From positions 310,753 through 374,752 of the forward strand of contig CAWGIE010000031.1 in NCBI GenBank assembly GCA_963822585.1: a stretch of DNA of 64,000 nucleotides, read 5' to 3'. The position numbers and the translations under genes were made by a program. Shown one piece after another: positions 1-9,966 of the stretch. The notes under the pieces are model-generated. The model had not been told where the DNA came from. It worked only from the letters and a program-made list of their open reading frames with translations, and did no database searches. The DNA is from an uncultured bacterium. GTDB lineage: Bacteria > Auribacterota > Erginobacteria > Erginobacterales > Erginobacteraceae. How positions within the stretch are numbered: position 1 is the first letter of the stretch; every line of letters begins with the position of its first letter.

Positions 1-2
1 TC

Positions 3-740
3 CTCCTCATCGGGAGCTGGTATATCAAGTCCGCCCGCTACCTGCTCCCGGTGATACCCTTCCTCTGTCTCTGCGCGGCGGCCCTGGTCGGGGAGATCGT
101 ATCCCGGCGACGCTTTCGGTATCTAGGGGTTGTGCTGGCGGCAGCGGCATTTATCTGGTCGGCGCTCTTCTCTCTGGCCTTCATCAGGATTTATTCCGCC
201 ACACACAGCAAAACCCAGGCCTCCGAGTGGGTCTACGCGCATATTCCGCCCGGCTCCCGCCTCGCTACCGATCTTTCTATCCCCCTCGGCGCCCGAAACG
301 GCCTTCCCGACCTGTTCCCGGAGGAGCAGCTTGGCTTCACCTATCTTTTTGAGAGCGATCTCTCGCCGACCGAGAAGACCACATATCTTGATGGTATACT
401 GGCACGGAACGACTACGTGATCATGGCCGACGCACTGAGGGAATACTTCACCAACTCGAAAGCCGAACACGCTGCCGAAAAGAAATTTTTGGATGATCTC
501 TTCGCCGGACGGCAGGGCTTCTCTTTGATAAAAACGTTTAAGGAATACCCCCGGCTGGGTGGATGGATCATTAACGACGACGGCGCCGAGCTGTCGTTCC
601 ATTATTTTGACCACCCCGCGATATACATCTTCAAAAGGAATAACGAAAGAATGACCCGCCGTCGCCCTTCGGGCAATAGCGGGCCGGCGAAATCCACCCT
701 AAAAAATGACCTTCCCGAAAAATCAAGGATCCCGCGGTAG
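3..740 (+). CDS. C-terminal part of an ArnT/PMT-like (GT39, GT-C fold) membrane glycosyltransferase; 5' end outside window
   Basis: Frame is open from the window edge (LLIGSWYIKSARYLLPVIPFLCL). The RYLLP motif, two TM helices and soluble C-terminal domain are typical of GT39-like proteins. Confidence 0.6.
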   Translation, partial: LLIGSWYIKSARYLLPVIPFLCLCAAALVGEIVSRRRFRYLGVVLAAAAFIWSALFSLAFIRIYSATHSKTQASEWVYAHIPPGSRLATDLSIPLGARNGLPDLFPEEQLGFTYLFESDLSPTEKTTYLDGILARNDYVIMADALREYFTNSKAEHAAEKKFLDDLFAGRQGFSLIKTFKEYPRLGGWIINDDGAELSFHYFDHPAIYIFKRNNERMTRRRPSGNSGPAKSTLKNDLPEKSRIPR

Positions 741-848
741 CAAAGCTACTTTGCGAGCCTGCCCTTCGATAATCTCGGGATTTATGAGCGATCTTCGCAG
801 GGTAAAAATGAGGGACTAGACTAGCGGGAATAACTCCGAGGAATGATC

Positions 849-1160
849 TTAGTTGATCCTGTTTATTAGCTTTTTTCGGATCAAGGATGGTTTTCTTCTC
901 ATATCCAATACTGCTGCCACAATAGCAATATCCACCAGCAAAGTATAATAAATAGCGAAGGGAAAACGGTTTGCCAGCATTCGGTAGAAGCCGAAGTGCT
1001 TGGTATGTATACCGGCGTAAATTAACAATGATTCAATATCTGATATTATGCAATCAAAGAAATAATCACCAATTCCAGGTTCTTTTTCATCATAAAAATT
1101 TCTTCCTTCTTCAAGGTCTTCAGCAACTTCATTTAAAACTAATACCTGTCTAATTTTCAT
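849..1160 (-). CDS. RelE/ParE-family type II toxin
   Basis: 103 aa with the ParE-like pattern (AEDLEEGRNFY...GIGDYF...RFPFAIYY...AVLDMRRKP); overlaps the upstream antitoxin by 4 nt. Confidence 0.8.
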   Translation of the reverse strand: MKIRQVLVLNEVAEDLEEGRNFYDEKEPGIGDYFFDCIISDIESLLIYAGIHTKHFGFYRMLANRFPFAIYYTLLVDIAIVAAVLDMRRKPSLIRKKLINRIN

Positions 1161-1366
1161 TTGATGAACTGTTTTTTTAAATCTTCGATTGTTAATAATT
1201 TGCCGGTACCAGATTCAATTTTTTGCCTTCGTTTCATTAGAATATTTCTGTGCCATGTCGGTGATTCAATTTCATTATCTTCATGGCATAACGCATCCCA
1301 AAGTTCTTCCATAGCTTGGATTCGTTCGATTGTTGACATTTTTTCTAAAGGCAAGGTGACACTCAT
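1157..1366 (-). CDS. Putative addiction-module antitoxin
   Basis: 69 aa, 'MSTIERIQAMEELWDAL...SPTWHRNILMKRR' matches the addiction-module component pattern; directly upstream of the ParE-like toxin; AT-rich. Confidence 0.8.
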   Translation of the reverse strand: MSVTLPLEKMSTIERIQAMEELWDALCHEDNEIESPTWHRNILMKRRQKIESGTGKLLTIEDLKKQFIK

Positions 1367-1468
1367 AGCTTTCCCCTTTTAAACCAGATATATGTTATTA
1401 ACATGGATGAGATTATTATATTTCAAAACCCACGGGTATACTTTTCTTTCTATTCAGCATCGTAAGGC

Positions 1469-1632
1469 TTCTGCAAAATAGGGGAATGTGTCATTGCGCG
1501 CCGCCTCGGGCGGAGAAGCAATCTTATTTGTACAGTTATAATCTATTGGGTGACAAAGCGTTGAGATTGCTTCGTCACCCCGAAAGCTTTCGGGGTTCCT
1601 CACAATGACCCGTAGACCCTATTATGTAGGAT
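1469..1632. repeat. REP-like palindromic element (GTCATTGCG...GCAATCT / AGATTGC...CAATGAC type)
   Basis: Inverted arms gtcattgcg..gaagcaatct (from 1490) and gagattgcttcg..cacaatgac (to 1609), inner hairpin ccccgaaagctttcgggg, and outer imperfect arms aaaataggg/ccctatta. Confidence 0.7.
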
Positions 1633-1683
1633 AGTAGCAATTACTTATAGTATTATTTACCATGGAACTCAAGATAATTTCTT

Positions 1684-2925
1684 ATGTCCTCAGTAGAAAA
1701 GATAGATAATCGCCAAATCTGGTTTCTCTCCCACACCTACCTCCCGGCCATCGGAGGGATAGAGAATTACCTCCGGGAAGTTGGGAAGCAATTCCGGCAG
1801 AGGGGATACCGGGTGGGAGTGATCTGCCGCCGGACCGATCCCCGTCTTCCCGAAGAGGAGGAGATAGAAGGCGTGCGGGTGATCCGGCACCCCGATTTCG
1901 CCGTCCCGACGCGCCGACTGCCGGTCAAGCACCGCTACCTCACGGATGCGATCGCCCGCTGGCTGGAGGAGAGCGGGCTTCTCCGGGAGGGAGCGGTTAT
2001 CTGCCGGTATCCCCCCTACCAGTGCGCGGTCTCCCGCCTTTCCGGGGCCCCTCCTTCACTTTACATACCCGCCTCCGTCTGGCCGGCCCTGGCGGCGAGG
2101 ATGATTCCCACCGGCCGGATAAAGGAGAAGATCTTCGCCCGTATCTGGAGGAAGCAGGCCGCCCTCCTGGAGAAGACCGCTTTGGAAAAGGCGGGGCGGG
2201 TGATCGTCTTCAGCCGCAACATGCAAACCCAGCTCCAGGAGTATTACGGGACCGGCCGGAAGAGAATAACCGTAAACCCGCCCGGCGTTGACGCGGACCG
2301 GTTCGCCCCGGAAGCCCCTTCCCCCACCCTCCGGGCAGAACTCGATCTTCCCCCCGGAACCCCGGTGGTCATGTACGCGGGGCGCCTCTCCCCGGAGAAG
2401 AACCTGCTCTTCCTCTTCCGGGCGCTCTCTCCCCTCCTCAGAAAAGGGGAGTGCCGTCTGTTACTCGTGGGCGGTGGGCCGATGCGCGAAGAGTTGGAGC
2501 GGGAGGGCAGGCGCCTGGATATAGTGCCGGCGGTTCGGTTCACCGGTTCTATCCGGGACCCTGTGAAGTATTTTTCCCTGGCGGACATCTTCGTCTCCCC
2601 CTCCCGTTACGAGTCTTTCGGGCAAGCCATCCTGGAAGCGATGGCAAGCGCCCGGCCGGTGATCGCCCTGAAAAATTTCCCGCCCCGGATCAGGGTGGCG
2701 GCGGATGAGATCATCGAGGAGGAAAAGAGCGGCTTCATCGTCCCGGAAGACAGCGATTCCCTGCTGGAAAAAGTTCGGGTATTGATCGACTCACCACTAT
2801 TGAGAAAAAAGATGGGGGAGCGGGGAAGAGAAATCTGCCGGGAAAAGTTCACCTGGGAGAGACACGTTTCCCGACTCCTCGACGAGCTCGCCTGCCTGAG
2901 GACGGGAGGTGACGGAAGTGCTTGA
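1684..2925 (+). CDS. Glycosyltransferase family 4
   Basis: P-IGGIENY N-terminus; YAGRLSPEKN; ESFGQAILEAMASARPVI (EX7E motif). Confidence 0.9.
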   Translation: MSSVEKIDNRQIWFLSHTYLPAIGGIENYLREVGKQFRQRGYRVGVICRRTDPRLPEEEEIEGVRVIRHPDFAVPTRRLPVKHRYLTDAIARWLEESGLLREGAVICRYPPYQCAVSRLSGAPPSLYIPASVWPALAARMIPTGRIKEKIFARIWRKQAALLEKTALEKAGRVIVFSRNMQTQLQEYYGTGRKRITVNPPGVDADRFAPEAPSPTLRAELDLPPGTPVVMYAGRLSPEKNLLFLFRALSPLLRKGECRLLLVGGGPMREELEREGRRLDIVPAVRFTGSIRDPVKYFSLADIFVSPSRYESFGQAILEAMASARPVIALKNFPPRIRVAADEIIEEEKSGFIVPEDSDSLLEKVRVLIDSPLLRKKMGERGREICREKFTWERHVSRLLDELACLRTGGDGSA

Positions 2926-4057
2926 GGGAAGTGACATTGTATTCTTATCGGGCATTCGCTGGGATTTCAGCCGGCAGCGGCACCAGGAACTGGCATCTCT
3001 TTTCGCCCGGAGGAACCGGGTGCTCTTCGTCGAGATGGCTCTCTCCCCGGCCAATTTGCTGAAGGAACGGCGGATAACGCTGGATCACTGGAAAAACTGG
3101 AGAAAAGGGGTGAGAAAGCTTCCGGCCAATCTTTTTCTCTATACCGCGCCGCCGGTCTTTCCCCTGGGCAGAAGCTTCCCGGCAATCAACGGACTCAATC
3201 AGCGGATTATCTACCGGGGAGTGAAAAAAGCCATGAGTCTGATTGGGATGAAGAGACCTATCTTCTGGATCAGCGACCCCTATTTTTCTTTCTTCGCCCG
3301 GAAGCATGGGCAGCGGCTGACCGTATTCGACTGGATTCACGATGATCCGGGCCGGACCGAATCCCGGATAAGCCGGGTTTATCGGGGATTGCTTGACGAG
3401 GTGGTGAAGAAAGCTCAGATCATCGTCACCCCTTCCCGGGCCATATACGAAAAGTACGGTAAAACCGATCGACGCTTCCACTTGATTCTCCACGGCGTTG
3501 ATTATGAACTCTTCAGTGCCACCGTTGACCGCCGACCGGCTGACCTGGAATCCGTCCCCTCCCCCATCATCGGCTTTTCCGGAACTGTCGGGCCTGCGGT
3601 CGACCTGGGCCTGATTGAATTTCTGGCGAGCGAGCGGAAGGACTGGTCGTTTGTCTTTCTCGGGGACATACGGATACAGGTGAAGGGGCTGCGCTCATAT
3701 CCTAATATCTATTTTCTCGGCCCCCGGCCGCGACAGGAGTTGCCCCACTATATCGGGACCTTCTCGGTGGGGATCATCCCCTACAAGATCACTCCGGCGA
3801 CTAAAACGGTTCACCCCGTCAAAACGTATGAATATCTAGCGGCGGGACTGCCAATAATTTCCACCCGTCTCCCCGAGCTTGAGTATCTCCGGGGATCAAT
3901 TGAACTGGCGGATACACCGGAAGAGTTTCTCCATTCTCTCGAAGATGCGATCGCCAAAGACGCACCGGATAAAAAGATAAGGCGCCGCGAAATAGCCCGG
4001 GAGTATTCCTGGGAGAAAAGGATGGCTACGATCCAGAAAGCCATTGGTCAAGCATGA
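2909..4057 (+). CDS. GT-B glycosyltransferase (TuaH-like GT4)
   Basis: QRHQELA, HGVDYELF, PIIGFSG and PVKTYEYLAAGLPII motifs. Confidence 0.85.
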   Translation: MTEVLEGSDIVFLSGIRWDFSRQRHQELASLFARRNRVLFVEMALSPANLLKERRITLDHWKNWRKGVRKLPANLFLYTAPPVFPLGRSFPAINGLNQRIIYRGVKKAMSLIGMKRPIFWISDPYFSFFARKHGQRLTVFDWIHDDPGRTESRISRVYRGLLDEVVKKAQIIVTPSRAIYEKYGKTDRRFHLILHGVDYELFSATVDRRPADLESVPSPIIGFSGTVGPAVDLGLIEFLASERKDWSFVFLGDIRIQVKGLRSYPNIYFLGPRPRQELPHYIGTFSVGIIPYKITPATKTVHPVKTYEYLAAGLPIISTRLPELEYLRGSIELADTPEEFLHSLEDAIAKDAPDKKIRRREIAREYSWEKRMATIQKAIGQA

Positions 4058-6306
4058 GCAAACAATTGCCGAAATCAGACCTTTTCCCCGGAAGGGGAGC
4101 CGACCTGATTCAATTCCTTGTACGAGGAGGGTTGCTGGCGGTCATTTTATGGTTCATTGAGTTCCTATTCCTTTGCCGATTCTATGATATCAACTCCCTC
4201 CTCTGGCACCATCGGATCGAGATTATTATCGCGAATATCCTGGGAACGGGAAGCGCTTATTTCATTGCCGGAGTATTGGCAGCCCTGGTCGTTTGGACTA
4301 TTTCCTATGGGTGCTCACGCAAAAATTCAAATCGTTCAAATCTCATATGCACGATTCTATCTTCGGGCATTCTTTCTTTGGTAATTATCATATATCTCAG
4401 GTTTTGGCTCTTCGGGCACCTCAGGATCACTTATCACAAAGTGTATTTTTATCTCAATCTGGGGTTCATCTTCATCGGCCTGCTTCTTTCAGCTTTCATC
4501 TTTATCGGGGTTAAATTTTTTTCCCCCAAGGGAGATCGAAGTTCCTTTTTCGGAGCTCTCTCAATCTTTCTGGGTTACTATTTCATTTTCGGATCTCACA
4601 ACAATTTGATGTTATACCGGTTCCGGAAAGCCTCCGGCTTGCCTCGTTTTTCTTCGGAAGTACTATTAGCAAACGCCGCTTTTTTGTTAATCGCCTTCTT
4701 AATTGGTCTGTTATCCTGGTTTTTCTTCCGGAGATTCATTCCCCGGCTCAAACGACTTAAACCCGGGACGGCTTGGACGATTCTCGGTATATGCACCTTA
4801 ATCGGCGTCCTTGCCAATGGCTTTTTTTACGATCGATGGTCGAAATATATTGTTCAGAATCCACTCCTCCGGAACTCCGTTTTATCCCCGGGAACTCCAC
4901 GGCCCAATATTATCCTTATCATCATGGACGCTTTACGGGCCGATCATCTCGGTTGTTACGGCTATCGGCGCGATACTTCGCCATTTATCGATTCCCTGGT
5001 AGAAAAGGGTGTTATCTTCAATAATTACAATTCTTCGACCAATTTTACCTTTCCCTTTCTCAATACCTTCCTCTCGGGGAGTGGTTATAGAAAATATTTT
5101 TCCCAGGAGCATATCAGAAAACCGCCACGTCATATCCCGCTCCTTCCGGAGCTCCTTCGCCCCGCCGGTTATCGGAGCGCTGCCTTTATCCCCCTGGAGT
5201 TATCGGAGAGGAGAGACCCCGGCTTTACATTATTCAGGCGACTGGGAATCGGGGGAGAATTGCCGGAATCGGCGCTCGAGGATACAACCTTTACCAACGC
5301 TTTTAAAAATGCCTTTGACGCCTATTCCACCTCTATCACCTTCAGCCGCCAGTTCTGGCTCTATAAGCTGGTGGAGAGGTTCTTCGAATTCAGAACGCCC
5401 ATGTACCTGGTTCGTTCCGACCGATTCAGTACCTTCTGCCGGCGGGCACTCTCCTGGGTCGGGAAAGAACCGGAAACCCCCTTTTTCATCTATCTTCATC
5501 CCCGCGGCGCCCATCATCCGTATTTCCCGCCTCTGGATGCGGATAGAAAATTTTTCCACGGAAGGTTCCCGGAAGACGCTGAACGGGCCAACAGCTTATA
5601 TTCTCTCAGTATTGTTTTAAAAAAACGCCCCTCTCCTGAGGTGCTTGATGAGATCATCAATCTTTATGATGACGGTATCGTATATTTAGATACGACCATG
5701 AAGTGGTTCTGGGGAGAACTGGAAAGAAAAGGGTGGCTGGAAAATACACTGATTATTATTTCGGCTGATCATGGAGAAAGCTTTTTCGAACACGGGACGG
5801 GACTTCACCATTCCAGCCTTTATCAGGAAGAAATTCATGTTCCCATGATCGTTTTATGGAAAGATCATGTCTCTCCCGGTCTCCGTCTCGACGGTTCTTT
5901 TTCGGCTCTTGATGTCTGTCCTTCTCTTCTGGAGGCAGCCGGGGTGGCAATGCCTGAGGAAATGCCGGGATCAAGCTTCCTCGGTTATCTTTCCGGGGGT
6001 GAAAAGGTCCCGCAAAAAAAGACCTCTTTCTCGGAAGACGCGTGGCAAGGTTGGAGAGATGTGATCTCCGCGCAACGCTTCCCCTGGAAGATAATCGCCT
6101 ATATCAATAATGGGCATATCGACAAAACCGAGATATATAATCTGGCCGATGACCCGGGAGAAAGACAGGAACTCGGTTCTCAAGCTCTTGACCAACCCGA
6201 CGTTGGCGAGATGCGTGAACAGATCCGGGAATATATTAAAGAGTATCCGCTCAACGATACTTGTCTGAACGGAGAAACGGCCATCAAGGATCTAGGTGAT
6301 ATATGA
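4054..6306 (+). CDS. Membrane-anchored sulfatase-like hydrolase/transferase (alkaline phosphatase superfamily)
   Basis: N-terminal TM helices, then RPNIILIIMDALRADHL, PFFIYLH..HHPY, SADHGE and HVPMI. Confidence 0.85.
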   Translation: MSKQLPKSDLFPGRGADLIQFLVRGGLLAVILWFIEFLFLCRFYDINSLLWHHRIEIIIANILGTGSAYFIAGVLAALVVWTISYGCSRKNSNRSNLICTILSSGILSLVIIIYLRFWLFGHLRITYHKVYFYLNLGFIFIGLLLSAFIFIGVKFFSPKGDRSSFFGALSIFLGYYFIFGSHNNLMLYRFRKASGLPRFSSEVLLANAAFLLIAFLIGLLSWFFFRRFIPRLKRLKPGTAWTILGICTLIGVLANGFFYDRWSKYIVQNPLLRNSVLSPGTPRPNIILIIMDALRADHLGCYGYRRDTSPFIDSLVEKGVIFNNYNSSTNFTFPFLNTFLSGSGYRKYFSQEHIRKPPRHIPLLPELLRPAGYRSAAFIPLELSERRDPGFTLFRRLGIGGELPESALEDTTFTNAFKNAFDAYSTSITFSRQFWLYKLVERFFEFRTPMYLVRSDRFSTFCRRALSWVGKEPETPFFIYLHPRGAHHPYFPPLDADRKFFHGRFPEDAERANSLYSLSIVLKKRPSPEVLDEIINLYDDGIVYLDTTMKWFWGELERKGWLENTLIIISADHGESFFEHGTGLHHSSLYQEEIHVPMIVLWKDHVSPGLRLDGSFSALDVCPSLLEAAGVAMPEEMPGSSFLGYLSGGEKVPQKKTSFSEDAWQGWRDVISAQRFPWKIIAYINNGHIDKTEIYNLADDPGERQELGSQALDQPDVGEMREQIREYIKEYPLNDTCLNGETAIKDLGDI

Positions 6307-6335
6307 GGGAAAACCTCAGATAACAATTGATTCTG

Positions 6336-7493
6336 ATGAAGATACTCGTGTTATCCCATTCAGCGGTGGTCTCCGGCTATCATGACCGGTACCGCGAGGT
6401 GACCACGCAGGGAAGAAGCGAACTTACTCTCCTGGTCCCGCGTCAGTGGCAACAGTTTAACCGGCTTATTCGCCTGGAGAAGACCTCCGACCCCCATTAC
6501 CGGATTATAGCCCGCCAGCCGATCTGCTGGGGATTGAAGGGACATGGCGCAAGAAATGTGACCCACATATATCCCGGTATAGGGAAACTCCTCAAAGAAA
6601 TCCAGCCCGAAATCATCGAACTCTGGGAAGAACCCTTCGCCGCCGTAACGGCCCATACCATCTGGAAAGCTCGAAAAATAATACCGTCCGTAAAAATCAT
6701 TTTTTCCTCAGCACAGAACCTCTATAGAAACTATCCCCCTCCTTTCTCATGGTTTGAAAAATATACCTATAAGCACGCTGATTTTGCTTTTATAATGAAT
6801 TCAGAAGTCGGAAAAGTTATGCGCCGTAAAGGCTATCGGAATGATTTCCTCATCCTTCCTTTGGGGGTGAATCCGGATATATTCAAAAAGATAGACGCAT
6901 CTTCCCTCCGTCGGGAACTGGGCCTGAATAAATTCACGGTGGGTTTTATCGGCAAGTTGGACCAGCAGAAGGGGGTATTGGATTTAGTCAGGAGTTGCGG
7001 GAAGCTCAAGGGAGAAGTTAACCTGCTGATGATCGGAGAAGGTCCCCTTCAGGCCCGGATATCCCGGCTGCTCAAGGAATTGGGAATCGAAAAAGATGCC
7101 CGAATCATCCCCGCCGTCCCCTACGACCGGGTACCGGAGTATATGAACTGCATGGATGTCCTGGTTCTTCCCTCGGTCACCCTTCCCGGTTTAAAGGAGC
7201 AGTTCGGAAGGGTTTTGATCGAAGCCATGAGTTGTGAGGTCCCGGTGATCGGTTCAAGCTCCGGTGAGATCCCCGGAATCATCGGCGATGCCGGCCTTGT
7301 TTTTCCGGAGGGAAAACCGGATGCACTTGCCCATCAACTGAGGGCCCTGATGATTAATCGCGCACACAGCCGCGATCTCTCCCGGCGGGGTCGCGAAAGG
7401 GTATTGCGGCGATATGATTGGGATATAATCGCCCGGCAGCAGATCGAAGTCTACTCTTCACTGGCCGGACCTTCATCAGGGAAAGGAGAGTAA
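6336..7493 (+). CDS. Glycosyltransferase family 4
   Basis: MKILVLSH start (ATG 6336); GFIGKLDQQKG; EQFGRVLIEAMSCEVPVIGS. Confidence 0.9.
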   Translation: MKILVLSHSAVVSGYHDRYREVTTQGRSELTLLVPRQWQQFNRLIRLEKTSDPHYRIIARQPICWGLKGHGARNVTHIYPGIGKLLKEIQPEIIELWEEPFAAVTAHTIWKARKIIPSVKIIFSSAQNLYRNYPPPFSWFEKYTYKHADFAFIMNSEVGKVMRRKGYRNDFLILPLGVNPDIFKKIDASSLRRELGLNKFTVGFIGKLDQQKGVLDLVRSCGKLKGEVNLLMIGEGPLQARISRLLKELGIEKDARIIPAVPYDRVPEYMNCMDVLVLPSVTLPGLKEQFGRVLIEAMSCEVPVIGSSSGEIPGIIGDAGLVFPEGKPDALAHQLRALMINRAHSRDLSRRGRERVLRRYDWDIIARQQIEVYSSLAGPSSGKGE

Positions 7494-7497
7494 TGTC

Positions 7498-9687
7498 TTG
7501 AAGTCCCGACTCGGGATCCTTATCTGGCTCGGCGCGGTAGGCGCCCTCGGTTTTCTTGTCTTCGATCTGGGCCTGGTATTCCTCGCCCCTTTCATCGGGA
7601 AAGCCCGATATCCGGTCATAGATCTTCCGCGGCCCTGTTTCGTCTTTTATGCTTTTTTCATCTTCCTCTTTGCCGGCGCGGCGATGGGAATAATCGAATG
7701 GGTATTACTCGAATTCGCGGATCGGGCCGGAGGCTTCGTCGCCAGAATAACGAAAGAGAAATATCGGGAGGCCGCTGCCTCGCTCGCCCTCGCCATCCTG
7801 GGCATGGCGGTTATTATCCCGGTCTCGATCATGATCTTCCGGGGCACCGGTATCTCCCGGACCCGGATTGCCGGCAGCGGGCCTTATCTGGTAAGCCTGT
7901 TTGGTTTTATTTTTACCTTCGTTCTCTTCTGGACATTGCGCCGATTCTATCACGCGATAATCTGCCGGCCGGGAAAGGGAGCGGTGCCGGTGAATGCGCT
8001 CATAGTGACGATGCTCTGTGCCGTTACCACATTTCTCGTCTACTCTGATAATTACCGATATCCGGGCCTGTATATCTATCTCCATAACCTGCTGTTCCTG
8101 CTCTGTTTCATCGGGTTCCAGTGCATTGTTTTAACGGCCTTCAAAATACTGCCCCGAACCATTCAGACCCGCTCCCTGGCTCTTTTCAATAAAACCTGGG
8201 GGGTCCTGATTATCGGCTTGGTTCTGATGCAGATGATTATTTTCGTCTTCTTTTTACGTGATCCCCGGGACAAGTTTTTTTTCAAGAAAGACGGTATGAA
8301 CTACTTGAAACGGATCGTTTTTTCCTACCGGGAGATCACCGATTTCGACCGAGATGGTTTCTCCTCGTTCTTGGGAATGAACGATCCTCGAATGTTCGAT
8401 GCGCGTGTGCATCCCTTTGCTTACGACATCCCCGGCAACGGGATCGACGAGGATGGATTATTCGGAGACAGCACCAAGGAAGAGATTGAAAAGTACCGGG
8501 ACATCTGGCGAGAAGGAGTTCCGTCCTCCGACTCGCCGGCGGATAAGCGGGTTGAAAAATTCCTGGATCACGTCAGGGATTTCAATATTCTCTTCATTAC
8601 CGTGGACGCGTTGCGGTTTGATCGGATCCGTGATTTTGCCGATCCCGATTACCCATTCCCGCATTTTGCGATGTTGTTAAAAAAGAGCGTCGTTTTTACG
8701 AAGATGTTCTCTCACGGGGCCGGCACGGCGGCATCCATGCCGGTTCTGTTCAGTTCCCATTATGACTGGAGAACCGGGCGGCCTCCTCCTGAAAACCTGA
8801 TCAACCAAATGGGAAAACGTGGTTATACAACGATCATGGTCACTTACCACGGCATGGTTGAATTCGTGAATAAGGATTCGCAATTCGACATCAGCTCGGG
8901 CTTTCAAATCAAGCAATACGGAAACGGAGATGGGAAGGAATGGGCCTGGGAGGACGGAAACCTGAGCGGGGAAAATATAACCCGGGAGACGATAAGGCTG
9001 CTGGGAAAATTCAGGGCCGCGAAGTTTTTTATGTGGGTCCATTACTACGAACCGCATGAATGGTATCGGCTCAATGATCCCCGTATGCCTCTCGACCGAA
9101 AGAACCCTCATCAGGCTTACGATAAACTGGTCGCTTATATAGACGAACAGATAGGAACATTGCTTTCGGCACTGGAAGAACTGGGTCTGGAAGAGAATAC
9201 GATTATTATGCTCGGGGCCGATCATGGGGAGGGATTGGGGGACCGGGGCATTCTGACCCATAAATATTTTATTATAAACCAGTTAATACATATCCCCTTC
9301 GCCGTCAAGATCCCCGGCCTGGTCCCGGGATCGGCGGGGACTTCTCCCGTCGGCTTGGTTGATGTTATGCCGACGATACTTAATTTTTCCGGTTATACCT
9401 CCGAACCCGGGATGCTCGACGGAACCAGTCTGGTGCCGTTACTGATCAACCCGGCACAAAGGAGAGATAAACCTATCTTTATCAATGAACGATATTATAA
9501 AGCGGTGATATACGGACGCTATAAGCTCGTATATGATGTTGCTATGCACGATGTCCAGCTCTTCGATCTCGACTCGGATAATGAGGAAATTCACGATATC
9601 TGGCCTGAAATCGATACACCTTTAAAACGTCATTTATACTATCTTTTCCTCACTTCGCCTTTTTATAGATCGAATTCAAGTTATTGA
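7498..9687 (+). CDS. Membrane-anchored sulfatase-like hydrolase/transferase
   Basis: Multiple TM helices; NILFITVDALRFD, FFMWVHYYEPH, ADHGE; DFDRDG...DIPGNGIDEDG acidic putative metal-binding insert. Confidence 0.85.
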   Translation: MKSRLGILIWLGAVGALGFLVFDLGLVFLAPFIGKARYPVIDLPRPCFVFYAFFIFLFAGAAMGIIEWVLLEFADRAGGFVARITKEKYREAAASLALAILGMAVIIPVSIMIFRGTGISRTRIAGSGPYLVSLFGFIFTFVLFWTLRRFYHAIICRPGKGAVPVNALIVTMLCAVTTFLVYSDNYRYPGLYIYLHNLLFLLCFIGFQCIVLTAFKILPRTIQTRSLALFNKTWGVLIIGLVLMQMIIFVFFLRDPRDKFFFKKDGMNYLKRIVFSYREITDFDRDGFSSFLGMNDPRMFDARVHPFAYDIPGNGIDEDGLFGDSTKEEIEKYRDIWREGVPSSDSPADKRVEKFLDHVRDFNILFITVDALRFDRIRDFADPDYPFPHFAMLLKKSVVFTKMFSHGAGTAASMPVLFSSHYDWRTGRPPPENLINQMGKRGYTTIMVTYHGMVEFVNKDSQFDISSGFQIKQYGNGDGKEWAWEDGNLSGENITRETIRLLGKFRAAKFFMWVHYYEPHEWYRLNDPRMPLDRKNPHQAYDKLVAYIDEQIGTLLSALEELGLEENTIIMLGADHGEGLGDRGILTHKYFIINQLIHIPFAVKIPGLVPGSAGTSPVGLVDVMPTILNFSGYTSEPGMLDGTSLVPLLINPAQRRDKPIFINERYYKAVIYGRYKLVYDVAMHDVQLFDLDSDNEEIHDIWPEIDTPLKRHLYYLFLTSPFYRSNSSY

Positions 9688-9815
9688 TGAGAACTCCTCC
9701 CTGTGGGAGGAACTCGCCGGAAGAACCTGCGTGAGGCCTGGGGAAAGTTCCCCCGGAAGCAGATCGAGGCCTATACTATTCTTTTTTCTTCGAACCAATA
9801 AAAAAACCGGTTAAA

Positions 9816-9911
9816 CCACGAAGGACACGAAGACCACGAAGGTTTCTAAAAATGAGCTGAATCTTACTTTTTTTCTTCATTTATTCTTCGTGTCCTTCGT
9901 GCCCTTCGTGG
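9816..9911. repeat. Palindrome of tandem 9-mers (CACGAAG-based)
   Basis: ccacgaaggacacgaagaccacgaag (9816-9841) and its near reverse complement cttcgtgtccttcgtgcccttcgtgg (9886-9911). Confidence 0.85.
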
Positions 9912-9966
9912 TAATTTATTCCGTTATTTAAAAGTAGAGTTACTGCCATACCAGACGGGCACGGGC

